From assembly GCF_009914755.1 (NCBI RefSeq), contig NC_060929.1: a stretch of DNA of 64,000 nucleotides; one strand, 5' to 3'. The DNA comes from the human T2T-CHM13v2.0 reference genome, Homo sapiens. A program made the translations under genes and the position numbers. The notes under the pieces were generated by a model. The model had not been told where the DNA came from, made no database searches, and saw only the letters and a program-made list of their open reading frames with translations. Below are positions 41,172 through 54,209 of this stretch, piece after piece (the first letter of the stretch is position 1; each line of letters opens with the position of its first letter).

Positions 41172-41650
41172 GTTTGCTAGTTTGTATTCATTGCTGTCAT
41201 AATAAAGTACCACAAACCAGGTGACTTCAATGACAAGTTTATTGCTTCACAGTTCTGGAGGCTAGAAGTCTGAGATTCAAGGTGTCATAACTTCTGAGGG
41301 CTGTTAGGAAGAATCTAATCTGTTCCACATCTTTCTTCCAGCTTCTGGTATAGTGTGCTGGCAATATCTAGTGTTCCTTAGCTTGTAGTGTGTCACTCTG
41401 ACCTTTGTCTTTGTCTTCTTGTGATCTTCTCCCTGTGTGCCTGTCTATCTTCAAATTTTCCCCTTTTTATAAGGATACAAGTTACAGTGGGTCTAGGAGC
41501 CCACCCTACTCCAGGTATGATCTCATTTTAACCAATCCCATCTACAACAACCTTATTTCCATGTAAGGTCACATTCTGAGGTACTAGGGGCTAGGATTTT
41601 AACATATAAATTTAGTGGGGCAGGGGGGTTACCTAATTCAACTTGTAATA
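41172..41650 (-). mobile_element. MLT1C/D-like LTR
   Basis: 'cacagttctggaggctagaagtctgagat...aaggtcacattctgaggtactaggggctagga'. Confidence 0.8.
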
Positions 41651-41699
41651 TGCCCTGACAGGTTCTCTTATCATCTCTGCCCATAATATCTCTTCCAGC

Positions 41700-42010
41700 A
41701 ACCTCACATACCCACCCATTTGTTTGGCAAACTAATTCCTATTTGTCTCTCAGGTTTAAGTTAGATCTTGCTTTCTCAGAGAAGTCCTCCTTAATATTTT
41801 GCCACCTCCCCATTTTAGATTTGGGTCTCATATCCTCCCAATTCCCCCATGTACTTACACCCCTCATAACAGTTTTTACTCTGCTTTATACTTGACTGTT
41901 TACTAACCTGTCTCCCCACAAGACTTCAAACACTTTGCACCCAAGAACTGTTTAATACTGTGTTCCATAACCCAGATGCATCTCAAGTAAATATTTGTTG
42001 AATAAATAAA
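41700..42010 (+). mobile_element. L2 3' end
   Basis: 'ctgtctccccacaagact...taaatatttgttgaataaataaatg'. Confidence 0.65.
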
Positions 42011-42115
42011 TGTTAATGTCCCTTCCTATATTCTAGACATCACTTATTTTATAATTCTATGTATGTTTAGAAGTAGAAACTACAAAAATTAGAGAGTAAA
42101 AGTTTTTAAGTAACA

Positions 42116-42876
42116 TATCATTAGAGTTTACTTTGAAGATGAGAAACCATGCTAGGTATTTCAAATAAAAGGTATTAAATACAGGGAGTTCATTGCACAG
42201 TTCTTGGAAGTTTATACAAACAAAAAGAAAATGATGAAGAAATTTAGATATGAGTAACTGCAGAAAGTAGCTACCACGTATAGCATTGAAAGAAGAGAAA
42301 GGAAATGGAAAGGCTACAAGAAACTCAAATTTATAGGGGGTTGCCATGCCTATCTGATGCTTACACCTCAGGAGGAGGAGAAACCATGTGGCTGGATCTC
42401 AGACTTCTTAGTTGGGAAATACCCGCAGCTTATAGTGGGGGTGCCGAGTTCATTGCACAGTTCTTGGAAGTTTATACAAACAAAAAGAAAATGATGAAGA
42501 AATTTAGATATGAGTAACTGCAGAAAGTAGCTACCACGTATAGCATTGAGAGAAGAGAAAGGAAATGGAAAGGCTACAAGAAACTCAAATTTATAGGGGG
42601 TTGCCATGCCTATCTGATGCTTACACCTCAGGAGGAGGAGAAACCATGTGGCTGGATCTCAGACTTCTTAGTTGGGAAATACCCGCAGCTTATAGTGGGG
42701 GTGCCAAAAGGAGCTAGAGATAGAACGCTAACTCTCCTTTGTTGCCAGAAGGAAACATCAAGATACCCAGCAAGAAATTCTGTGAAATATAGTTAGTAGA
42801 CTTCCAGCACTAGCATCATAGAACAGACAGGAAGGTGGAATTGAAGCTGAGATGCGATAGGTACGTAACCAGCACA
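42116..42876. mobile_element. Old ERV-type solo LTR (LTR78-like) carrying a tandem duplication
   Basis: 'agaaaccatgctaggtatttcaa...aatacaggga' and end 'gaaggtggaattgaagctgaga...taaccagcaca'; family name uncertain. Confidence 0.45.
42186..42705. repeat. 2 x 260-bp tandem duplication
   Basis: 42186-42445 equals 42446-42705 except A42290 versus G42550. Confidence 0.97.
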
Positions 42877-44409
42877 AGAACCTGATATAAAGGTATACAG
42901 GTTTCACATAATTAGGAAACAGGGCTGCCGATGGGTTTCTAACTCTACCTCCGTCACTGGTTGACCTTGTCCTTGGGCAAACATCTTTCTTCCTCTGAGC
43001 TTTAGATTCCCCATCCATGGCAGGGGGAAAGAGCTAGATGATCGAAGGGCCTTTCCAAGTAGGAGCTGGGATTTGACAGAAGCAGCACCAGGGAGTTGCT
43101 GGGATTTCTGAATGACATCACTCTAGAGGGTCCTATCTCAGGCTTTAGCCATCAAACAAATAGGGCATCTCCTGTTTCTGGTTCTGCAGCTACTGTTTAC
43201 ATGCTCCAATAAAGGCAGAGGAAGGAAGCCAGGGCTGAATTTCTTCAATGTGGTGACTCTATTGGCCAAACTGATTCCAAAACGTGCCATTAAGAGGAAT
43301 GTTTCACTGAACTTGGAGCAGTAAATGGAAAAATAACCAAAATGACAGCAGGGGGAGGAGGGGTCGAGGGGAAAAAGGAGCAAGTTGGGAGGTGAGTAAA
43401 GAGAGCATGTGATTTTTAGACACACAGATCCTAAATTTGCCACGCGTCTGATTCACAGCAGCATTGTATTCTCCAGTTCTGTCTTCCTGACATTGCCTCT
43501 CTGCCTTTCAACAGTCATGGCTCTTTTTGAAAGTCGGTTATAATGCACAGAGACTGGGTTCAAGTCTCAATTCAGCCACATACGAGCTGGGGGACCTAAA
43601 ACAAGTCATTTATTTTTGCCTCCTGTCAGCCTCAATTTCCTCACCTGCAATTCTGCCTGCCTCTCAAGATCATGAAAATTAAATGAGCTAATATGTGTGG
43701 AAGTGCTTCCTCAATCTGGGTGCTATGTATAAAATGTAGTCATTTTTTGAAAATGCATTAGGCATTAAAATACACTTATAAAAATGCATTGAGCATATTT
43801 AAGATTTTTGTACTTATTTGTATGTTATACTTCAATAAAATAATTACAAAAAAGGTAAAACTATGAGAAGAAGTAAACGGTGGATTAAATTTATTTAATT
43901 TATGAACTAATGGTAGTAACATGTGATAAGTGACCAACTTGGATAACATAGGCAATAGTATGAGTTAACATATAAGGGGAGCAAAGCGCTCTAAATTTTA
44001 TATACATAGCTAAAATTCTGTAGGTATAGCCTTTATTTAAATTCTAGCTTTGCAAAAGAAACCTATGGTCATTGTAGAAAATTTGGGATCTATAGGAAAA
44101 CACAACGAGGAAAGTAAAAAGTAACCATAATTTCGGCCCATATACAAAAAAAAAGTAATCTGTGAATTGTAAATGCTACTCAACTAGCTGACGAAAATGT
44201 TATTTCTTTATTCATTTCCTCCTCCTCTACTTCTTGACATGCTCAGAAGTTGAGAATTATTATAAGCCAGATGGGGCAGCAACGCAGGGGCCTGCAGAAG
44301 GCAGGAAGGTAGCACAAACAAGTGGAACAGTGGGATGAGTCACCACAAATGCAATGACAAATGATAGCTGCCCACTCAGCCTGAAAGCCGGGGGACTTCA
44401 GGGAGAGGT

Positions 44410-44657
44410 GGAGACTGGCAAACTCCAAGCCATGTGCCCCAAGGGAGCAGGCTCTTCTCAGCTTCAGCTCGCTCCTTTCATATTTCCAGTGTGGCTGGGT
44501 CATTGACATTACTGAGAGAAACTGGCAATCTGGAATGCTGTGTGAAGATACTCAAATTTTAAATGTTAAAGCCTAATTAATTTTTTACACTCTGCAGGCC
44601 ACACCAAAGACATCCATAGGCCAGATGTGGGCTGTGAATGCCAGTTTGCAACTGCTG
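44410..44657. mobile_element. MER102-like hAT-Charlie element
   Basis: 'ggcaaactc...ggccagatgtgggctgtgaatgccagtttgcaact'. Confidence 0.5.
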
Positions 44658-45269
44658 CTAATGGCAAAGGCAGTGTGGGGGCGGGGGAAGTTCACTGAAG
44701 GTCTTGGGCTGGGAAGTAACAGGAGCACGTTTGTAGTTCAGAAAATTCCTGGGGTAGCTGGTAGGAAGGAGAGACTGGAGTGGGGAGAGACTGGAGGTGA
44801 TATAAATATATTTCTCTGAGTGAGTGATGATTGGTGCCTCAACTAGGGCTATAAAAAGAAGCTGGAGTGGGAGGGGAAGGGGTGTGGTGTTGGAGAGTTG
44901 ATGCAGGGAGGGGCTGGGAGCCCAAGGGGGTGCCCATGTAGCAGTTTTGCCTAGAGCCCTGGAGACCCACAATTCAAGTTTGAGGAACAAACTTGTTTCA
45001 TAACAGACAACCGGAAAGGAGAAATTGCTTGGTATTGGGGAGGCCTTCTCCAAAAATAGCAAAAAGGTGAAACAAGCCACTAATTGTGGAACTTGAGGGC
45101 AGGGCCTTGGAGGTTGTGAACACTGAAAGAAATGTGGGCTGAGCAGCCTCAACTAGAGATCAATGGAAGAGAAGGGAACAAATTTGATATGAAGTCCTAC
45201 ACCTTGAAGGGACTGCAGATGCTTAGTCTAAGGAAGAAAAGACACAAGGAAAATGGAGCTTGCTTGCAA

Positions 45270-45670
45270 AGATTACTTATTGAGCATCAACACATTCAGG
45301 AGTTCCAGCTGGTGCTAGATTTGGGGGATATAATGATAAGCAACAGCAAGTAAAGTCTATGTTGTTTCTGCCCTGAGGGAGTGTTTGGAAAATATATTAA
45401 TGGAATGATCTCACAAATAAAGGCGAAGGTGCAAGGCTGAGATAACTGCTGGGAAGAAGGGCCCAGTGTTTTGAGAGCATGTCCCAGAGGGTGGGGATGT
45501 AGACTTCCAGAGGAAACGATGATAAGACTGAGAGCTAAGAGATGAGCAAGAAAGTAAGAGATAAACAGAAGGGAAGGAAAGACTTTTAGACATTGGGAAC
45601 AGCATGTGCAAATACCTGACTCACAGGAAGGGCTGAGAAGGTCAGCATGGCTGCAGCACGCTGTGAGGGA
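45270..45670 (-). mobile_element. L2 fragment
   Basis: 'tattgagcatcaac...gggaacagcatgtgcaaa'. Confidence 0.6.
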
Positions 45671-45849
45671 CATGCAGGGCTGTCTCCAGAGGCCCATGAG
45701 CTGTGGGACAGAGGAGCGATGGGGCTTGTTCTGTGTGGTCTGCAAATGCATCCATTAGGGGTGCTGCAGACAGTTATTCAGTTATTCTAAGAGACTTACG
45801 GTGGAGGTGCTGGGAGTTTCTTTATTTTAAATTCATGAAAATAAAAAGG

Positions 45850-46470
45850 TAGCATTTATTCAGTTTCACCATGTGCCAGGCCCTGTCTAAATAGTTGTCT
45901 CGTGAATCCACACAATAGTCTCAGGTGGTAAGTGCTCCCGTTACCTACTGCTGTGTAACAAACAATCTTAAAAGAGCTGGTGGCTGGAGTAGGCTGGGTG
46001 GGGGATCTGTCTCCATGCAGCTGCTCCATCGCATGGCTACTTTGGGCTTCTTCATAGCATGGAGGTCTCTGAATAGTATACTTCTTACATAGTGGAGGAC
46101 TTTCCCCAGAGCAAGCAGTTCTGGTGAGACAGGCAGAAGTTGCCAGTCCCCTAAAAGCCTAGCTCCATAACTGGCAGCCTCACTTTCACTGAATTCACTG
46201 GACGTAGCAGTCACAGGTCAGACCACATTCGAGGAGGTGGAAGAATAAACTCCACTTCTTGATGGGGCAATGGCATGTGCATGAAGGATACAAGGAATCC
46301 AGGATGGTTATCTTGGAGACAAGCCTTTATACAATCCCCATTCTACAGATGAAGGGACCAAGGTTAATAGACACACTTTCCCAAGATCATACAGTCAGCA
46401 GCAAGTGGCAGAATTGGGATGCAAATCCAGGTCTATCTGACTTCAAAACATCCTGTCTTTAGTTACTGTC
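45850..46470 (-). mobile_element. MIR interrupted by an MLT1 LTR (~45938-46335)
   Basis: MIR 'cccattctacagatgaagggacc'; MLT1 'gttacctactgctgtgtaacaaac...actccacttcttgatggg'. Confidence 0.65.
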
Positions 46471-48830
46471 ATGTTCCTTTCACAGGATAGGATGGGGCCA
46501 TGAGAAAAGTCCTCAGCTGTGAGTCCTGGGTTCTGATCCCTGCACTGCCTCCAATTTGCATGTGACAATTATAAGCCACTTCCCACCTGTGGGCCTCAGG
46601 CTTCTCATCTGTGCAGGGAGAATTGGACTCCTGGGTCTTGCATGGCAGTCCCAGCTTTAGGATTCTGGGGTTTTGAGGGTCTGTGCTGCATCCTCAGGGC
46701 TTGTTGGTCACTGACCTGCTGCTTCACTCAGCATGTCAGCCGAGTGAAGCATATCAGCATGTCAGAGCCCTCCAAGGGGCAGTAGCCTCTGTTCTTCCTC
46801 TTTCCCTTCCCTCTTAGCAACACTCTGCTTTGCTCCCGTGGCTGCTCTGTTTACCCAGTCTCTCCTCCATTTTCCAGTAACCAGTAAGAAGTACTTTAGG
46901 TCTCTCCTCCTCAACAGGCTCCCCTGAGTGGCTGATTTTAATCTTGACTCTGAACTTCACAGAGGCTGAGACCAACATCTTTTTATGAGTCAGTGCATAT
47001 CAGTATTTGCTGAGCTTTGCAAATAATTGGCAGCTCAAGAGTGAATTGAAGGATCATTCATATAAGCAATTGCATGTTCTTGTTTTGTTCAAACCAACAA
47101 ACTATACACACAACTGCAGACCGTTGAGGACAGCAATTGTGTCTGAATTACTCACCATTGTATCAACAGCACCTTGCAAAGTGACTGACCCAGAAGAGGT
47201 AATCAAATTGTTACACTTTTTGGTTGCATTGGCAAAATTTATTTAAATCCCTGACATTTGAATCTTTAAATATTAGTTTTACGGTTCAATTCACCCGCGA
47301 AAATATTTGAGTGCAATTTTCCTCTTTTGTCTATTCTATTATAGTTACTGATAATTTTTCTCCTTATTGGTTTTTGCAAGTCTAATATTGTTTTTCCCTA
47401 GGAATATCCCCTTTTCCACTTAAGCCACTGAAATTTAAACTTCCCTTCAGGCCTTTTCCTTTTCTTTTCTGGCTCAGCTAAAAGGTAAAATAAATCAGTA
47501 ACAGAGATTGAGAGTCAGAAACCATATATTCTAGACCTGTTTCTCCTACTACCTCTGTGATATTTCTCAAATTCTTTCCTCACTAAGGACCTGTTTCCCT
47601 GTTTGTATTAAGAAAGGGTTGGTATGTCAGTGGATATTTTTCAGCAATGGAAGATTTGCACAAATACAAATTTACGCAGAAGCAGGATACAGAAAGCAGC
47701 CAGAAGTGGAGCAGCACCAGCCGGGGTGGGGACCAAGACCTCCCACCCTCCTTGGTGTCTGTCTGCCTTTGAGGTCCCTCTGCCAAAGTGGCGCTCTGCT
47801 GAGCAAAGTAATCCCTCAGGGCACTCCAACTCTGAGACAGAATGATTTATAGCCCTGTTAATCCACCAGGCTGTCAAAAACGGCCACATCAGCAGACATA
47901 CACAGAGACATGCAGTCACATACACTCAGGACAAAAAATAAGCCCCAGAAACTGCTTGAGCAAGCTCAGGCTTTTCTCTAGCACCTTCCTCATTTGTTCA
48001 AGTTTTTGCCATCTTTATTTTCATTTCCTGGTTTCTTCTCACATCCTTCCTCTTTTCCCCTCCAAGTTACTAAAAATTCTAACAATTTCTACTTTTACTT
48101 CTTTGCTGTTATCTGCGGCACATCGTTGCCCCACCCCCACTCTTGGTCGCTATAGTCACAGATTTATTATTGAGTTTGTTAACTTTTGCTTCTCAATTTC
48201 TCCACCCAAAAAAAGAGGAGATGAAGGAAAGGACTCTTGTGGCCATGACACTATATTCAAGAAATCTGTGGAGCATTAGTTTTGATTTTCGGTTTTGTTT
48301 TTACTGAATTGCACTTTTTAATAGTAGTCATAGTAAAAACTCAAACAAAACAGGTGAGTACCAAAATGAAAGTAAAAGTATACTGTCGGGGCCGCTCCAC
48401 AGGTCCCATGCCCCAGTCCCTAGTCCCCTATGTTATATATACGTTGTTAATTGCTTCTACTTTCCAAAATATGTTTGTGAATATAAACACGTGTTACTTA
48501 TACTAAAAGGCGATATTTTACGTAGTTTTGTTTCAACCTTTCTTACTTCATATCTGGGAGATCTTTATGTACCAGCATATATATCTAGTTCATTCTTTGA
48601 ACTACAGCATAAAATGTCATTGTACATTAGACTAATTTATTGAATTTATATACACATATTCCTATGGTGAGCATTTATGTTGGATAGATGCCACATACAA
48701 CTGTTTGTTTACACAAATGGAGACATGCTACTCACACTTGTACAATTCACTTTTTTACTTCTTGATGTATTTTAAATATTGCTTCAGATCAGCTGGCACA
48801 GAGCCACCTTTCTAAAAAAATAATAGACTT

Positions 48831-49028
48831 CCAGCCTGAGCAATATGGTGAAACCCCATCTCTACAAAAAATACAAAATTAGCTGGATGCAGTGGTCCCA
48901 GCTACTCAGGAGGCTGAGGTGGAAGGATCACTTTAGCCGGGAGGCAAAGGTTGCAGTGAGTCAAGATCTCACCACTGCACTCCAGCCTGGTGACAGAGTG
49001 AGACCCTGTCTCAAATAATAATAATATT
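48831..49028 (+). mobile_element. 5'-truncated AluJ-like element with (AAT)n tail
   Basis: 'ccagcctgagcaatatggtgaaacccc...gagtgagaccctgtctc'. Confidence 0.85.
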
Positions 49029-51376
49029 AGACTTTATTTTTTAAAGCAGAGGTTCACAGTAAAACTGAGTAGAAAATACAGAGATTTTCCTTACACTCAC
49101 TGCCCTCACACACACACACCCACACACACACAGCCTTCCCTACTAGCAACATCCCACACCAAAGAGGTATATTTGTTACAATCGACGAACCTATACAGTC
49201 AAATCATAATCATCCAAACTCCACAGTTTATGTTAAGGTTCATTCTTGATGTACATGCCAAGGGTTTTGACAAATGTAGAGTGACATATCTTACATCTAA
49301 CATTATGGTATCCTACAGAATAGTTTCACTGCCCTAAAAATAGTTTCACTGCTCTTCTGTGATCCATGTACTCATCCCTCCCTCTCCCCAGGCCCAGGTC
49401 CATACAGTAAAAACAGGATGGGGCCATGAGAAAAGTCCTCAGTATGGATACAGTAAAAACATCCTGTTTTTACTGTATCCATAGTTTTGCCCCTTCCAGA
49501 ATATCATATATAGTCATGTGCCAATTAGTGACTGGGATACATTCTGGGAAATGCATCATTAGTCGATTTCATCATTTTGCCAACATCATAGAGTGTACTT
49601 ATACAAACCTAGATGACAGAGCCTACTGCACACCTAGGCTGTATGCTATAGCCTATTGCTCCTAGGCTATAAACCTGTACAGCTTGTTACTGTCCTGAAT
49701 ACTGTAGGCAACTGCAACACAATGGTAAGAATTTGTGTAGCTAAACATAGAAAAGGTACAGTAAAAATATGGTATAAAATATAACAAATGGTACACATTT
49801 TAGGGCACTTTCCGTCAATGGCAATTGCAGGAGTGGAAGTTGCTCTGGGTGAGACGATGAGGAAGTGGTTAGTGAATGTAAAGACCCAGGACATTACTGT
49901 ACACTAGTATAGACAGTATAAATACTGTTTGCTTATGCTATGCTGAATTTATAAATAAAATAATTTTTCTCTCTTCAACAATAAGCTTAGATTATTGTAA
50001 CTATTTTACTTTAAAAACAATTTCTCTTAACTTTTTTATTCTTTTGTAGTAACACAGCTTGAAACACAAATACAGAGGAAGATAATTTTTTTCTCTCCTT
50101 ATATCCTTATTCTATAAACTTTTACCTATATTAATGTTATTTTTATTTTTTACTTTTTACATTTTTCTTTAAAAACTAAGACACAAACACACCATTACCC
50201 ATTAGCCTAGACCTATGTAGGGTCAGGATCATAAAAATCGGCACCTTCCATCTCCACACCTTATCCTACTGGAAGGCCTTTAAGGGCAATAACACCCAGG
50301 GAGCTGTCATGTCCTGTGATAACAATGCCTTCTTCTTCTGGGATACCTCCTGAAGGACCTGCCTGAGGCTCTTCTTGAGATGTCACTCTTTTCAGAAATG
50401 TGTTCATGGTGGTTTGTTTGGTTTGTTTCTTTTATTCATCATAGATTTGCTTGTAAATAGATAATGCACGATGAACATTCCTCTCTACTAATGAAAATCA
50501 TTTCATGTTGGAGTCAACATTTTCAAACGTTTTAAGGAGTTTGTTGAGGTCTGCAAAAGCTTCTGCCTAAACCCATCACTGTGAATATCCTTGGGGGCTT
50601 TTCTTTTTTTCTCCTGTAGTTTCCTTTCCTCTTGCTATGCATTTCTGTTCTGGTTCCAGTAACTCGTCATTAGTCAATTCCTCAGTGACCACATCTGTGA
50701 CCTCCTCAATATCATCCTCCTCCACATCCAGCTTAAAGTTGTTTGCCATTTCAACTAAAGCCTTGTGAATATTTTTTTTTGCAACATCCTCATCCTTAGC
50801 AATGTTTTGAAGTCATGGACAAATGTCTTCAATATCTCTTCCCAGATAGCATTTACACACTCCTTGGTGACTTCACCCCCAACTTAACCAAGGTTGTTGA
50901 TGCTGCCATAGATGTTGTAATCCTTCCAGAATTGCACCAGTGTGTTTAAAAAGGATCTTTCTTATTTGCAGCAATAGCCTAGGCAAAGGTCCTCCTCAGG
51001 TAGTAATCAGGCCTTAAAAGCTGCTATAACTCTTTGATCCATTAGTTGGAACAAAGGGGTGGTGCTTGGAGAGAGAGACAACAGTGTGACGTTGAATGAA
51101 GATAACCAAAAAAAGAAGGATGTGCAGGAGCATTATCAAAAATAAGCAAAACCTTGAAAGCATATTATTCCCCAAACAGTACTTCTCCATTTCACTGGCA
51201 AAGTTTAAGGAGGACATCTTGGAAGAGGAGCTGGATCATTCATAACTTATTATTCCTGTAGTACACTGCAGTGTGTGCTTACTGATATGCTTGAAGGCCC
51301 TGGGGTTTTCACTGTGCCAGATCACAGAGGATTTCAATTTGTAGCCTGATACATAGCCCCCAGGCAGGGCTGTTCC

Positions 51377-51673
51377 TTTTTTTTTTTTTTTTTTAGACGG
51401 AGTCTCGCTCTGTCGCCCGGGCTGGAGTGCAATGGCGCCATCTCCGCTCACTGCAAGCTCTGCCTCCCGGGTTCACCCATTCTCCTGCCTCAGCCTCCCG
51501 AGTAGCTGGGACTACAGGCGCCCGCCACCACGCCCGGCTAATTTTTTGTATTTTTAGTAGAGGCGGGGTTTCACCGTGTTAGCCAGGATGGTCTCGATCT
51601 CCTGACCTCGTGATCCGCCCGCCTCGGCCTCCCAAAGTGCTGGGATTACAGGCGTGAGCCACCTCGCCCGGCC
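51377..51673 (-). mobile_element. AluY, young
   Basis: Y-diagnostic 'gcaagctc' and 'ccgtgttagccaggatggtctcgatctcctgacctcgtgatcc'; CpGs retained; TSD agggctgttcctttt. Confidence 0.95.
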
Positions 51674-51924
51674 AGGGCTGTTCCTTTTAAGGAAAAGCCT
51701 TGAAACTTGGCATTGACTTGGCATCCTTTTGGACGAAGGTCCTTTCAGGCATGTTTCCAGAACAGAGAAATTTCATCCATATTTGCTCTGGCAAGTAATT
51801 TTGCTCCACAATCAACTTATTAAGAGTTTCCAAAAATTATTCAGTTGCCTTCGCTTCAGCACTCACAGATTCACCACTCGCTTTCACATTATGTAATACG
51901 TAAGAATTCTTGAATTGTTTAAGC

Positions 51925-52165
51925 CAAACTTGTCCAACCTGCTGCCCGTGGGCCACCTGCAACCCAGGAAGGGCTTGAATGTGGCCCAATACAAACTTGT
52001 AAACTTTCTTAAAACATTATGAGATTTTTTGCGATTTTTTTTTTAGCTCATCAGCTACCGTTAGTGTTAGTGTATTGTATGTGTGGCCCAAGACAATCCT
52101 CCTTCCAGTGTGGCCCAAGACAATTCTTCTTCCAATATGGGAAGCCAAAAGATTGGACACCCCTC
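51925..52165. mobile_element. MER30 hAT-Charlie MITE
   Basis: 'aaactttcttaaaacattatgagattttttgcg...gaagccaaaagattggacaccc'; 8-bp TSD (g/a)tttaagc. Confidence 0.88.
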
Positions 52166-52631
52166 ATTTAAGCCATCCATAACTAGCAGTAAGTTGAACA
52201 CCATGGTTGGAGTGAGCCTTTTATTTCCATATCTCAAATAAGATTGCAGCATTGGTGGAATGGGACACGCCTGACTGGCAAGTGAAAACCAAGACTGATT
52301 TTCCACCTCTGTGGCCCCTAGTCGCTTTTAATTTTGTTTCCAGGTCAATCCTTCAACATGGCCTCTTACTGACAATACTAACAGTGGGTTTTGTACACTT
52401 AGGGGCCATGATGAACAAAACAACATGAGATTAAATCAAGATCAAGAGAAAATTAAGCAATTAAGAGACATGTAAAATAAGACGTGTGAGGCTGCTGCCA
52501 ATATAACAAGACATATTGTTCTGCAATAAACTTTTTCTTCATAGGGAGTACACTCTAAAATAATGATTAAAATACAGTGTGGTAAACATGAGTTTTTATT
52601 ATCACTATCAAGTATTATGCATGGTACATAA

Positions 52632-53065
<434 letters not shown>

Positions 53066-54209
53066 AGTGATAGGGATTTTTTAGCTCCATTATAATCTTA
53101 TGGGAACACCATAGTATATGAGGTCCAGTTGACTGAAACATCATTATGTAGGGCATGACAGTAGCTGAAATCGTACAGTTTGTCACCTTTTCAGATTGGT
53201 TTCATTCAGTTTGTGATATACATTAAGGTTCCTCCATGTCTTTTCATGTCTTGATAGCACATTTCTTTTTAGTGCTGAGTGGGATTCCATTGTCTGGCTG
53301 TACCACAGTTTATTAATCCATTCACCTACTGAAGGGCATCTTGCTTGCTTCCAAGTTTTGGCAAGTATGAATAAACCATTCTGCTGCTATAAACATTCAT
53401 ACTGCTATAAACATCCATTTTTGCATAATAATCTATAGTATGTCAATACATTAATTTATTTAGGCATGCTCCTTTGACATACATTTAGGTTAGTTCCAGT
53501 TTTTGGTTTTTCTTGTTGTTATGTCAAACAATATTGCAATGAACATCCTTTATGTATATTCTTTATGTATTTGTGTGCATGCACCTGAAAGAGAAATTCC
53601 TAGCATTGGAATTGTTGAGTCAAAGGGTATGTGCACTACAAATTTTGATGGAACACTAATAAGGTCTACCAGTGTCTGTTTCCAACTTTAAGTTTTTATA
53701 AGATATTAAATTTGCCGGTATTCTATATTTAAAAACAGAAAATTTTCTTGTTGTTTGTGGATTTTGCATGTTGATCCATTCATTCCTTTTCATCCTTCAC
53801 TGCCCAGACAACCACTCCATGAGCTCACACAGCTTGTCACACACCCTTCCCTGTGTCTCCTGGATGCTCCACTTGTCTGAGGTCTGTCCTATATTTTCTA
53901 GTAATAACAATCACAAATCCCTATAGGAACGCAGCTTTTCTCCTGCAGTCAGTCCCGAAGTCTTACACACATTTGTCCATTTGATTCTCACCACCAGTCT
54001 GGGAGCTGGCAGGAGAGGAGTATAAATTTGCTTTACAAATGAGGAAACAAAGCCCTGACACACAGCACAGACCCATGGGTGCAGCATCATGTCCCTCCCC
54101 TCACCAAATTTGCTTCTTCTCATCCACTTGCTTGGCACAGGGCTGCTGAGAACATCTCTGTGAAATAGCCTCATTTATCTAATTGTTGGCTGTTTCCCAG
54201 ATTAAAGCT

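Larger units (their letters stand above)
50400..52409 (-). pseudogene. Decayed pogo/Tigger DDE transposase
   Basis: Minus strand gives MAPK..., LTASYGWLK|QFKN, NVKASGESVSA, NMDEISLFWK, GYKLKSSVIWHSENPRAFK, FASEMEKYCL; frameshifts and insertions; 3' limit approximate. Confidence 0.85.

Noticed and set aside
42057-42607. Two similar ORFs (MATPYKFEF...) suggesting paralogous genes
   Set aside because: By-product of the 260-bp tandem duplication
48351-48359. Strong splice donor CAG|GTGAGT
   Set aside because: Isolated motif with no supporting exon chain or reading frame
49443-49483. Hairpin as a possible pre-miRNA or terminator
   Set aside because: Too short for a pre-miRNA (41 nt, 3-nt loop) and better explained by snap-back synthesis
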